Assembly (NCBI GenBank): GCA_963693115.1
Contig: OY843750.1
Span: forward strand, 1,295,556-1,359,555
DNA: 64,000 nucleotides
Reading direction: 5' to 3'
Source of the DNA: Spirochaetia bacterium
Lineage (GTDB): Bacteria; Spirochaetota; Spirochaetia; WTKD01; G963693115
Part shown: piece after piece, positions 10,926 to 20,197 of the stretch
How the letters are laid out: each line of letters opens with the position of its first letter
Numbering within the stretch: position 1 is the stretch's first letter
Program-made: the position numbers and the translations under genes
The notes under the pieces: generated by a model
The model's database searches: none
Told to the model about the DNA's origin: nothing
Seen by the model: only the letters and a program-made list of their open reading frames with translations

Positions 10926-11363
10926 ATGACTGCGAGAATATCTGTGGCGTATAAGGGCAAAAAACCGCAGTATATGAGTAAAGGCGCAAGTGGCGCTGAT
11001 CTTTTTGCCAACCTCAAAGAAGAACTAGAAATACAGCCATTCCAAAGGGTGCAAATATCTACAGGTACATTCATTAGTATTCCTCCCCACTACGAAGGAA
11101 TGGTAAGGGCACGTTCGGGCTTTTCTTTTAGAACAGGATTGTTCATGATAAATGGTGTGGGTACAATAGACTCAGATTATCGAGGAGAAATAATAATACC
11201 ATATATATCTCTTGCACAAGAAAAGATTATAGTGCAGCCACAGCAACGAATAGCGCAGCTTGTAATATGTCCAGTGGTACAGGCGTCATTTAAACAAGTG
11301 CACATTGATTTTAGAGAAACTGAGCGTGGGGATGGAGGATTTGGTTCTACGGGGTATTTTTGA
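10926..11363 (+). CDS. dut: dUTP diphosphatase
   Basis: GADL, RSG, GTIDSDYRGEI, RIAQL, RGDGGFGSTG. Confidence 0.96.
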   Translation: MTARISVAYKGKKPQYMSKGASGADLFANLKEELEIQPFQRVQISTGTFISIPPHYEGMVRARSGFSFRTGLFMINGVGTIDSDYRGEIIIPYISLAQEKIIVQPQQRIAQLVICPVVQASFKQVHIDFRETERGDGGFGSTGYF

Positions 11364-12640
11364 CTGACCTTGTTACTCGTATATATCCGTTTCGAATATG
11401 GGTGTATATACTCAGAGACTTTTTTCTTTCTTTTGTACTCTCGCTTCTTTTTTTTATTACGGTATTTGTTGCAAATCAAGTGCTCCTTCTTGCAAAAGAC
11501 ATACTGAAAATCAATGTTCCCTTTAGAGAAGTAGCATTACTACTTCTCTACTCGCTTCCTAAGGTTATCTCACTTGCCATACCCTATGCCGTTCTTATTG
11601 CGAGCCTTGTAAGTTTGGGATATTTTTCATCATATAACGAATTTATTGCTATGAGAGCGCTTGGCGTGTCGCTGTATAGCATTATTGTGCCGTATATCAC
11701 GCTAGCCATGGCATTTATTTCTTTTGCGTTTTTTACTGACGAAGTCTTGGTTCCTTATGGCACCATACAATATACCAAGCAGTACAGAAATATCATTGCA
11801 ATTGCTCCCCAGATAGAGATTCAGTCACGCGGAATAAAACGATTTCGTGATGAGGCGATTGTAATATCGCGAGTTGATGGCGACACAATATACGGCATAA
11901 GCATACTAGATAGAGATAGCGAAAACAAGCGTAGAATCTTGCAAGCAGAATCAGGCATGATATTGGAAGCTAATACAAAGGGTATTGTTGCAATGCAGCT
12001 CTTTAATGTCACGGGACATAGTGTGGGGGGAAAAGCAAATGAATTCGACTATATTGTTGCAGATAGCGTACAATATAACTTTCTCTTAAAGGATATCACC
12101 GTTGATGTAGGGACAGTAAGTTCGGATAGCAAGGGAATCACTGATTTATTTAAAGAAGCACGCGATTTTCGTACTACCAAGCTCTATAATGAAGAGAAAA
12201 AAAATGAAACGTTTCTTCTACTTGCTCATTATGGCTTTTATAAAAAATATGATCAGCTATACACCACTATTAATAGCTCTAATAAAAACATACTTTCGAC
12301 TGCGCGTACAAGCCTTTTAAAGAGAAAAAATTATAAGTTTAGCGACCATGGATTTCAGCTTTTGCTTGTTGTTCTCAACAAAAAGTTTGTGTTTATTTCG
12401 GCGACCATCTTGTTTATTCTGCTTTCATTTCCTCTTGGCTTGTTTTCCCAGCGTAGTGGGCGTTCTGTTGGGTTTGGAATAGGATTGATAGTTTCTTTTC
12501 TATTTTGGACAATTAACTTTATTAATCAAAGTATAGCAATAAACAGCTATTATCGTTATATACCGCTCATACTATGGTATCCAAACGTCATAATATTTCT
12601 TATTGCCATGATTCTCATCGTACGAAAAGCAAATGAATAA
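11360..12640 (+). CDS. LptF/LptG (YjgP/YjgQ) family permease
   Basis: 3+3 TM topology, NEFIAMRALGVS motif; start codon uncertain. Confidence 0.88.
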   Translation: MTDLVTRIYPFRIWVYILRDFFLSFVLSLLFFITVFVANQVLLLAKDILKINVPFREVALLLLYSLPKVISLAIPYAVLIASLVSLGYFSSYNEFIAMRALGVSLYSIIVPYITLAMAFISFAFFTDEVLVPYGTIQYTKQYRNIIAIAPQIEIQSRGIKRFRDEAIVISRVDGDTIYGISILDRDSENKRRILQAESGMILEANTKGIVAMQLFNVTGHSVGGKANEFDYIVADSVQYNFLLKDITVDVGTVSSDSKGITDLFKEARDFRTTKLYNEEKKNETFLLLAHYGFYKKYDQLYTTINSSNKNILSTARTSLLKRKNYKFSDHGFQLLLVVLNKKFVFISATILFILLSFPLGLFSQRSGRSVGFGIGLIVSFLFWTINFINQSIAINSYYRYIPLILWYPNVIIFLIAMILIVRKANE

Positions 12641-12712
12641 TAAGACCATGAAAAAAAACTATGCATATACCAAGAAAATGCAAGTAGCGGAAAAAGCAGA
12701 AGGAGCAAAGGC

Positions 12713-13801
12713 ATGATATATAGTCAAATACACCGGTATCTTTTTCGCAGTTTTTTTACCCTCTTTGCTATGTCATTGAGTATATTTTCACTCTTTATTC
12801 AGACGCTAGACCTTGTATTTAATTTATTTCGTTACCTTGACGCATCTGCCCCCCTTGTACAAGTACTACTCGTACAACTGTACTATCTTCCTACGAGTTT
12901 GTCGTTTGCCTTTCCTATTTCCATTCTATTTACCATTTCGCAAACCGTGAGTAATTTTTCAATGCGCAATGAACTTATTATAATATCTGCATCTGGTATT
13001 TCAATGTTTCAATTTGTTATCCCTCTCATTGCTATGATTGGGCTTATGTGTGCGGGTTTTTTTGCTATTAATGATATGGTAGTGATAGAAGCCACGAGAA
13101 AAAAGAATGAGCTACAACGAAAACTGCTTAATCAAGATGTATCGCAGGATAATTCAAACGTAGTCGTAATAAACGAAGAAGGCAATGTATTATACTACGC
13201 AAGTTTCTTTGACAAAGAAAGTGCGACAATGCAGAATGGTTTTGTATTAAAACTAAAAGATAATTTTGAGTTTGATGAACGTATCAATTTTTCTAGTGCT
13301 ATATGGGAACAGGATACATGGTTTTTTGAACGAGTCAATCGTTATTCCTTTGATAAGGAGTCCAAGCGTTTTTTACGAACCTACCATGCAAGCCATACAG
13401 ACGAAACCATCAAGACTTCTCCTGCAAAATTTGAGAGAATTGCAGATTCGCTTAGTGAGCTCCGTTTTAGAGATGCCTATTCGTATATACAGTTGCTACG
13501 TGAACAAGAACTCCCGTATCACCAACTCTTATATGATTTATACGCAAGGGTTCCTTTTGCGTTTTCATCGCTTGTAATATCGCTTATCACGTTTATTATT
13601 GGGGCATCGATTATGCACAGTAGTTTTTTATTTAGTCTCTTACTGGCGATTATTATTGCTATTGTATATTATTCTTTAGATCTTGTGGGTAGTGTACTTG
13701 TGTCGCGTGAGGTTCTTTTGCCATTTTTTGGTGCGGCCATGCCCATGATTGTAACGGTGCTTTTTACACTCATCATTTTCTTTGTTGTGCGACGGCAATG
13801 A
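12713..13801 (+). CDS. LptF/LptG (YjgP/YjgQ) family permease
   Basis: NELIIISASGIS motif, same topology, paired with the upstream gene. Confidence 0.88.
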   Translation: MIYSQIHRYLFRSFFTLFAMSLSIFSLFIQTLDLVFNLFRYLDASAPLVQVLLVQLYYLPTSLSFAFPISILFTISQTVSNFSMRNELIIISASGISMFQFVIPLIAMIGLMCAGFFAINDMVVIEATRKKNELQRKLLNQDVSQDNSNVVVINEEGNVLYYASFFDKESATMQNGFVLKLKDNFEFDERINFSSAIWEQDTWFFERVNRYSFDKESKRFLRTYHASHTDETIKTSPAKFERIADSLSELRFRDAYSYIQLLREQELPYHQLLYDLYARVPFAFSSLVISLITFIIGASIMHSSFLFSLLLAIIIAIVYYSLDLVGSVLVSREVLLPFFGAAMPMIVTVLFTLIIFFVVRRQ

Positions 13802-13813
13802 CGCTATACGGGT

Positions 13814-15451
13814 ATGTCTAATAACACTAATTTTTCTAAAGAAAAGGGGCGCCTTTCGATTTCATCTTTATTCAAACATAGGCTTTTATCAAAAAAGGTG
13901 ATGCATAAGAGTGGTAGAGCGCAGGTGATGTTGGGTCTCTGTACTTTTGTTTCGCGCCTGTTGGGTTTTGTACGTGTGAGGGTGTTTACATATTTTTTTG
14001 GTTTTTCTTCGGAATCCGATGTACTGTATGCGGTGCTCGCATTTCCAAATAATTTAAGAAAATTATTTGCAGAGGGAGCACTGCATTCTGCCTTGTTGCC
14101 CATTGCTACGGGAATCGTTGATGAGCGATCAAGGGCGCATTCGCATTCTCAACGAGTTTTTTCGTCAGTGTTTACTGTAGTAGTAATTATTATGATTGTA
14201 CTCGTGAGTGCGGGCGAATTGTTCGCTCCGCAACTGGTGTCAATTTTGTTTCGTTTTGTCGATGAAGAACAAGTCTCGCTTGCGGTGAGTGTGTTTAGAA
14301 TTGTATTTCCTTTTATTGCATTTGTATCGCTGATGACGGTGTACTCTGTATTTCTTCATGCGCATTCACATTTTTTTGTGAGTGCGCTTAGCCCTATACT
14401 GATTTCGATAAGCGTAATTATTGCTGTTCCGCTGGGAGCCTCCTCATTAGGAATTTTTTCTGCTGCCTGGGCTTTTTGCATAAGTGCATGCTTAGTCGTG
14501 GTTTTGCATGGTTTTGCGTGTATGAGGTTAGGGTATGTCTTTGTTCCAATGTTACGGGGATATACGCAAGAAACCAAAACGGTATTAAAACGTTGGGTGC
14601 CTGCCATTCTTGCTTCCTTGGCACCACTCATCAATTTGCAGTTTTCGTATTTCTTGCTCACATCATTTGATACGGGACAGAGTTCCTATTTTTCAAGTGC
14701 AATAGTGTTTTATCAATTACCTATAGGAATTATCGGTAGTGCCATTATTACTGTTTCTTTTGTTGAATTATCTCGGTATTATGCACGACAAGAAATGAGA
14801 CGACTTGCTTCTTGTAATGTTACGGCTATATTCAAACTCTTTGCACTTTTGGTTCCTGTGAGTATAGTATTTTTTTTCTTTGCTAAACTAGGGGTTATTG
14901 TGGCGTATGGGAGCAGGCGTATAAGTACTGAAGATATACGTAGTATTACAGAAGTACTTAAGATGTTTTCGTTTGGCATAGTGAGTACAAGCCTCTACAT
15001 GTATTTTCAGCGTTCATTTTATGCGTATAACAAAGACAAGTGGGCTTTTGGTTTTGCATGCGCATATACAGGAATTGATATTTGTCTTTCGCTTGTATTG
15101 AGTGCACGGTTTCCTTATGCATGGGCGCTTGCTTTAGCCTATACTATATCGGGATTTATTATTGTACCACTGCAGTTTTTTGTTATTTCACGAGTGTGTT
15201 CAGTAAGAATGGGCTCTGCTTATTTTCTTAAATTAGCTTTTGCCAATGCAGTGCTGTTTTTTCTATGTTTGGCAATATCAATGGCTATTGAGATATGGAT
15301 CCCACATATACGGTTCTTGCAAGCGCTTACGTTTATAATGGTAATTGGGTTATGTCTTGGTGGACTTTATTATTTGATGCTCAAGCTATTGTCTCTGTAC
15401 GGTCTTTTCTTTCATGAAAAATCGCATGAAAACTACAATGATAAGCTATAA
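13814..15451 (+). CDS. murJ: Lipid II flippase MurJ (MviN); true start may be ~13901
   Basis: SRLLGFVR, PNNLRKLFAEGAL, YQLPIGIIG; many TM segments. Confidence 0.93.
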   Translation: MSNNTNFSKEKGRLSISSLFKHRLLSKKVMHKSGRAQVMLGLCTFVSRLLGFVRVRVFTYFFGFSSESDVLYAVLAFPNNLRKLFAEGALHSALLPIATGIVDERSRAHSHSQRVFSSVFTVVVIIMIVLVSAGELFAPQLVSILFRFVDEEQVSLAVSVFRIVFPFIAFVSLMTVYSVFLHAHSHFFVSALSPILISISVIIAVPLGASSLGIFSAAWAFCISACLVVVLHGFACMRLGYVFVPMLRGYTQETKTVLKRWVPAILASLAPLINLQFSYFLLTSFDTGQSSYFSSAIVFYQLPIGIIGSAIITVSFVELSRYYARQEMRRLASCNVTAIFKLFALLVPVSIVFFFFAKLGVIVAYGSRRISTEDIRSITEVLKMFSFGIVSTSLYMYFQRSFYAYNKDKWAFGFACAYTGIDICLSLVLSARFPYAWALALAYTISGFIIVPLQFFVISRVCSVRMGSAYFLKLAFANAVLFFLCLAISMAIEIWIPHIRFLQALTFIMVIGLCLGGLYYLMLKLLSLYGLFFHEKSHENYNDKL

Positions 15452-15462
15452 ACAGGTAGAGA

Positions 15463-17106
15463 ATGAAGGAATGCCACATACTCTACCAGTCAGATGTTAA
15501 ACGGATACCAAAGATGATGCCCAAAACAACAATGCCCAAAACAATGCTAAATACAGTATTAGGTAAACACAAACATTCCTTGTTTATAAGAAATGTACTG
15601 TTTGGTCTCTTACTAATTTTTTTGACCTTTCTTTCTAGTATCTCAAACTGGACGCAGCAAATTGAGGAAACCACACGTATTCCGACAGAACAAAAAATTC
15701 AATTTGCCCCTGATTCTTCCCTAATAAAAATCATTGAAGAGCTACAGGTGGTTAATAACTACACGTATGGAGACCAATTACATGAACGCTTTAAGTCTAC
15801 AAATTCCGTACCTCTGCGTATCGCAATAGTGCGCTATTTATCAGAGGCAGGCTATGCATCAGCACAAACAAGCCTTATAGCAATAATACAAGCATATCAG
15901 CAATATCCTTATCAACTCGTACAAGCAGGTATAAACTACTTACATAGCCAAATCAACGTGTTTGAAGACTCCGACATTGCCTCACTCTACGTACTAGGGC
16001 TAGAGTTTATACAGACCGAAAATTTGAGATTTTCTCTTCTTATGCTTGATTTGCTAAGGGACTATTTTAGCACGTTTCCTGAAAGAGTAATTGTCGCTGA
16101 TTCTAGCACTAGGGAGTATTCGATTGGCAGTTTTGTAGCAGAGCTTCGAGTTTACTATGATCGTATTAACTCAAGTTTGCTAAAAGAAGAAATAATTAGA
16201 GCAATAGGTACCTTGGATGTACTTCGAACCGATCCCGAGTATTATGATTTTCTTACCAACGAAGCTATTGACTCAAATACGCCAAAACAGACTCGATTAA
16301 TTGCACTTGCTAATTTGCAACATTACCCCCAATCTAGCGAGCAAGAGGATACTTCAGCAATGCTCAACATCCTTGTTGATGCTTTTAGCTCGGATTCAAA
16401 CCCAGATATACGTGTAGCTCTCTATAAGGAGTTGCATGGCTTTGCTATTGACACTAGGCTACACAGTAGATATGCACTAAACGGACTACGTGATGACAAC
16501 AAAGAGGTACGAATAGCAAGTATAGGATATGTGCGAGAATTACTGCAGGGCAGTTCTTTGCAAGAAGACATTGCATGGGCGCAAGAGGCCCTGCTCTATA
16601 TAGCAAGACAGGACGAAGAATCAGAAGTGCGTGCAGAATCTATGTACGCGCTTGCTGAATATAGCCCTGAAAGTGAAAGCCTTGCAGAGGTAGTATTTGA
16701 AAAATTGGAGGCTTCTAAAGTGCCTTCTTTAGAAACAAAGGCGCTTATACGAGTAGCCTTAGACTCGCTTTTTGAGCGTGGCGGTAAGGAGGCAATAATT
16801 GCCTTATTGGTGAGAGAGTCTACCCGTTTTGACTCGGCTCTCTACGAAGAAACCACACAACTCTTTCTTGAATCTCCGGCGATCAATGATCCTGATATCT
16901 TGGAATACATTGTACAAGAGCAAAAGCCTGCAGTCATTCTGAAGGCGATCTCTATTATCCTTAAGACTCAGAACACCCGCTACCTCAGCTATTTACGCAT
17001 GCTTTCGGGCGATATACTCAAGCCACCAACTGTTAGAATACAAGCATCAAAAGCACTTGCAGATCTAGAGACACTTGCTGATCTAGAGACACTTGCTGAT
17101 CAATAA
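15463..17106 (+). CDS. HEAT-repeat-like membrane-anchored/exported protein
   Basis: N-terminal hydrophobic segment; D.N..VR.A-type helical repeats; start uncertain. Confidence 0.65.
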   Translation: MKECHILYQSDVKRIPKMMPKTTMPKTMLNTVLGKHKHSLFIRNVLFGLLLIFLTFLSSISNWTQQIEETTRIPTEQKIQFAPDSSLIKIIEELQVVNNYTYGDQLHERFKSTNSVPLRIAIVRYLSEAGYASAQTSLIAIIQAYQQYPYQLVQAGINYLHSQINVFEDSDIASLYVLGLEFIQTENLRFSLLMLDLLRDYFSTFPERVIVADSSTREYSIGSFVAELRVYYDRINSSLLKEEIIRAIGTLDVLRTDPEYYDFLTNEAIDSNTPKQTRLIALANLQHYPQSSEQEDTSAMLNILVDAFSSDSNPDIRVALYKELHGFAIDTRLHSRYALNGLRDDNKEVRIASIGYVRELLQGSSLQEDIAWAQEALLYIARQDEESEVRAESMYALAEYSPESESLAEVVFEKLEASKVPSLETKALIRVALDSLFERGGKEAIIALLVRESTRFDSALYEETTQLFLESPAINDPDILEYIVQEQKPAVILKAISIILKTQNTRYLSYLRMLSGDILKPPTVRIQASKALADLETLADLETLADQ

Positions 17107-17198
17107 AAAAATACTTGAGGTACAGATATACAGGTAATTTTTGTACTACGTGTTAGACACAGTAATAGTGCATAGCCTTGCATTAATATTGTAATTAA

Positions 17199-19919
17199 CT
17201 AAGACTTCAGTAGCTGCGCTTGCTTGAGTGTAAGTGGCTCAATATTTTTTATAGTAACTATATGCTCTTGGTTGTTGAGCGAAAAAGAAAAGGATTCTCC
17301 GTTTTTATGTTTGTATAATTTTCTTCCAAGAGGCGAAACATAAGATATGACATTATTTGATGGATCAGATTCCCAAGGACCGAGTATAGTATAAGTGTTT
17401 ATGGAATCATTGTTCTCATCAAGCAAGGTGATACAGGTTCCAAAATTAACCTCAGAAATATCTACGTCGTCGAGTGAAACGTAGCGAGCGTGTTCAAGTT
17501 CTTTTTTTAATTGGCCTACTCGTGTATTTAGATAAGATTGTTTCTCCAACGCTGCCTTATATTCTGCGTTTTCTTTTAAGTCTCCGTAGCTTCGTGCTTT
17601 TTCAATCTCCTTACTATTCAGTGGAATTTCTGATTCAAAGAGGTGACTTAGTTCTTTTTGTTTTGCTAAAAATGTTGACTCTAAGGTATAGAAAATCGAT
17701 GAGCCAGCAGTTGCAATATCATGGGTGTCTCCAAAGTCAAAATCAGGTATAGTCTTAGCTATACGCTCACGAACTTGAATGATACGGGCAGGTAGTACAT
17801 CACTTAGTTCATTAATGAGAGAATAAAAATACTTAATTGTTTCTTCGTTTTCACTCTTAAAAAACGTATCAACGTAATTACGATCGAATAGTATTTTTTC
17901 TACCTGCAACAAAAATTTTCTATTTGCCTGTATTTCTTGACTATTTTGTATTTCTTTTGCAACAAAAATGCCAATCCGCAAGAGAACAGCTGCGATTTCT
18001 TGTGATGTAACTACGCGTAATATCCAGTCTCTATCGCCAAATTCATTAATAAACCATATATACGCAGGTCTATGACGTGCATAGTTTTGATGTATATTAA
18101 GAAAAATCTTGCTAAGAAGGGATGTCTGCTGTTCTTGTTCAAGCCTTGCAACAACTGCCAAGGACTGATGAAAAGGAAAGGCTTGCACAAGCTGGTTTTC
18201 CCAGTCTGGACTATGATCAATGATTGCGTTAAGCAACTTATCTTTGTATCCTGCAATGGACATCTCTCTAATAAAGGTCAATATCTCTTGGGCATGTAAT
18301 TCTTTTACAAAATCATGTAGCGTTTTTGGTACGACACGACTGGAGAGGAGGGGAAATGTGCTTGCTTCTAGGCAGACAAGAACAGACGTAATATAGTGAA
18401 TAACAGATTTTTCCTTTTCTTTCTTCACAATAGTACTAAATGTCTCGTAGAGTTCTAAGAGTTGATCAAAGTCGTCCTCATCTTCAGAAAAGAGATTAAG
18501 TGTCAGCACCTTATCAAAATATTTGACTTTTGCTATAAATTTTTCTTCGGATTTAAAGAGTGTATAAATTTTTTCAAAGGGTGAAACAGGGACGCTCGAA
18601 ACGTCGTAATGGTCTGAGTTTTCTCTATTTATACCAAAAAGCGGATTTTCACTGAGTATTTTTTTTGCCTTTAGGCTCCAGCTGTTCCATTCTGATTGAC
18701 GAAGAATATCAGGTACTAGCTCTACTTTTATTTTTTTGAGATCTGCAGAGTTAAAACTCTTAATGATATTTTTAAGGGTAGAAGTTTTTTTATTTATTAC
18801 CAAATCTCGAATTTTGTCCTTGCTAAGGACACTTTTGTATACCCAAAAGTGATCTTTTGGAAGCACTTCAAGAGAGGTTACTGCCATACCTAACTCCATT
18901 TGATGATTTCTCCGTTTAGAAAAGTCAATGTATAGGTTGTGGTTTGTTATTTCGCGTATTCGTCCGACTCCCCATTGGCTATGATACACAAAACTCGAAG
19001 GAGAGAATGCTATATGTTTTTCAAAGGTTGCTATGGCTGTATTGACTGAACGCCAATGCTGGAGGAGGTTAGAATTTTGAATGAAGTCTTCTAGTTTTGG
19101 GTTGTCACTGAATTTTTTTCTATAGAGCTCGACCAGTTGCTCTCGTCGTGGAATATTTTCAGGATCAATACTTAAAAATCGTTTTAGAATGGTAATTCCT
19201 AAGTCAACACTGAGTACGGATAAATGCGTATCCAAGAGGATATTAAGGAGGTCTAGGGTTTTTTCAGGGCTTAGAACCTTTTCAACTTTTTTTTCAAATT
19301 TGAGTAAAAAGTCAATATTATCTTTTTGATTTTCTGAGAGTATAGTCCATATGGCTTTGATTTGTTGGTAATTTTTTTGAGCGAGATAGCGGTTTATGGC
19401 TTTCTTATAATATGCAGTAGCATGTTCTTTATTGCCTGCGTCGCTGTTATATTTTGCAAGTTTGACTACAATGTCTGCTTCTTCAAAGTCTTCTTTTGCT
19501 ATCAAATCCCAGGTATGTACTAATTTTTCTTTTTCATTGTTATGTTCATAGACTTCGGCAAGCATTTTGAGTGCAACAAGGTTACTTCCAAAGCTAAGTA
19601 TCTTTTTTGCAAGAAATTCAACTACAGCAGGCTTATGATTATCAGAAAATATTTCAGCTACAGCTATGAGCTGCTGATCATTGAGGGTGTTTTTCTTTAG
19701 TTCTAGTAATCCAAGGATGTAAAGGGAATAAATATCACTTTTATGAGTTTGTAGCTGTTCTTTACAAAACTGTGAAACTTCGCCATATTCGGCATCCTCA
19801 AGCCTAGTGAGTATCGTATCAAGGGCTTCAAAGCTACTTGTTGCAAATGAGTTAATGGTACTTCGTGTCCACTGAGCTTTTAATATTGTGTCTTTAATTG
19901 AGTCGGAAGTAGTTGCCAT
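17199..19919 (-). CDS. greA: Large spirochete-type GreA (TPR-like N-terminus, C-terminal GreA domain)
   Basis: C-terminal ARSYGDLKENAEYKAA, ILGPWESDP, ISYVSPLG. Confidence 0.93.
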   Translation of the reverse strand: MATTSDSIKDTILKAQWTRSTINSFATSSFEALDTILTRLEDAEYGEVSQFCKEQLQTHKSDIYSLYILGLLELKKNTLNDQQLIAVAEIFSDNHKPAVVEFLAKKILSFGSNLVALKMLAEVYEHNNEKEKLVHTWDLIAKEDFEEADIVVKLAKYNSDAGNKEHATAYYKKAINRYLAQKNYQQIKAIWTILSENQKDNIDFLLKFEKKVEKVLSPEKTLDLLNILLDTHLSVLSVDLGITILKRFLSIDPENIPRREQLVELYRKKFSDNPKLEDFIQNSNLLQHWRSVNTAIATFEKHIAFSPSSFVYHSQWGVGRIREITNHNLYIDFSKRRNHQMELGMAVTSLEVLPKDHFWVYKSVLSKDKIRDLVINKKTSTLKNIIKSFNSADLKKIKVELVPDILRQSEWNSWSLKAKKILSENPLFGINRENSDHYDVSSVPVSPFEKIYTLFKSEEKFIAKVKYFDKVLTLNLFSEDEDDFDQLLELYETFSTIVKKEKEKSVIHYITSVLVCLEASTFPLLSSRVVPKTLHDFVKELHAQEILTFIREMSIAGYKDKLLNAIIDHSPDWENQLVQAFPFHQSLAVVARLEQEQQTSLLSKIFLNIHQNYARHRPAYIWFINEFGDRDWILRVVTSQEIAAVLLRIGIFVAKEIQNSQEIQANRKFLLQVEKILFDRNYVDTFFKSENEETIKYFYSLINELSDVLPARIIQVRERIAKTIPDFDFGDTHDIATAGSSIFYTLESTFLAKQKELSHLFESEIPLNSKEIEKARSYGDLKENAEYKAALEKQSYLNTRVGQLKKELEHARYVSLDDVDISEVNFGTCITLLDENNDSINTYTILGPWESDPSNNVISYVSPLGRKLYKHKNGESFSFSLNNQEHIVTIKNIEPLTLKQAQLLKS

Positions 19920-20197
19920 TGGTTATTCTCGCTTTGAAAAAATACAGATATATTATATTATAGCAGAATCATATAATATATACGATGCTCTCTGGTACTC
20001 TAAAGGCTGGCGTACGTGTTTAGAGCATGAGAATTTTGTGAAAGAGCTAGACTTTTATGCAATTTCCTCAGAAAATTATGGCAAAAATGATAACTATTGA
20101 TAATAGTAGGGTATTACAGAAACGTGACAAGCTACTAAGATCCCTTAGATCTACTAAAACCCGATGAAACACATTGTAAGCAAAATACGATGTAAGC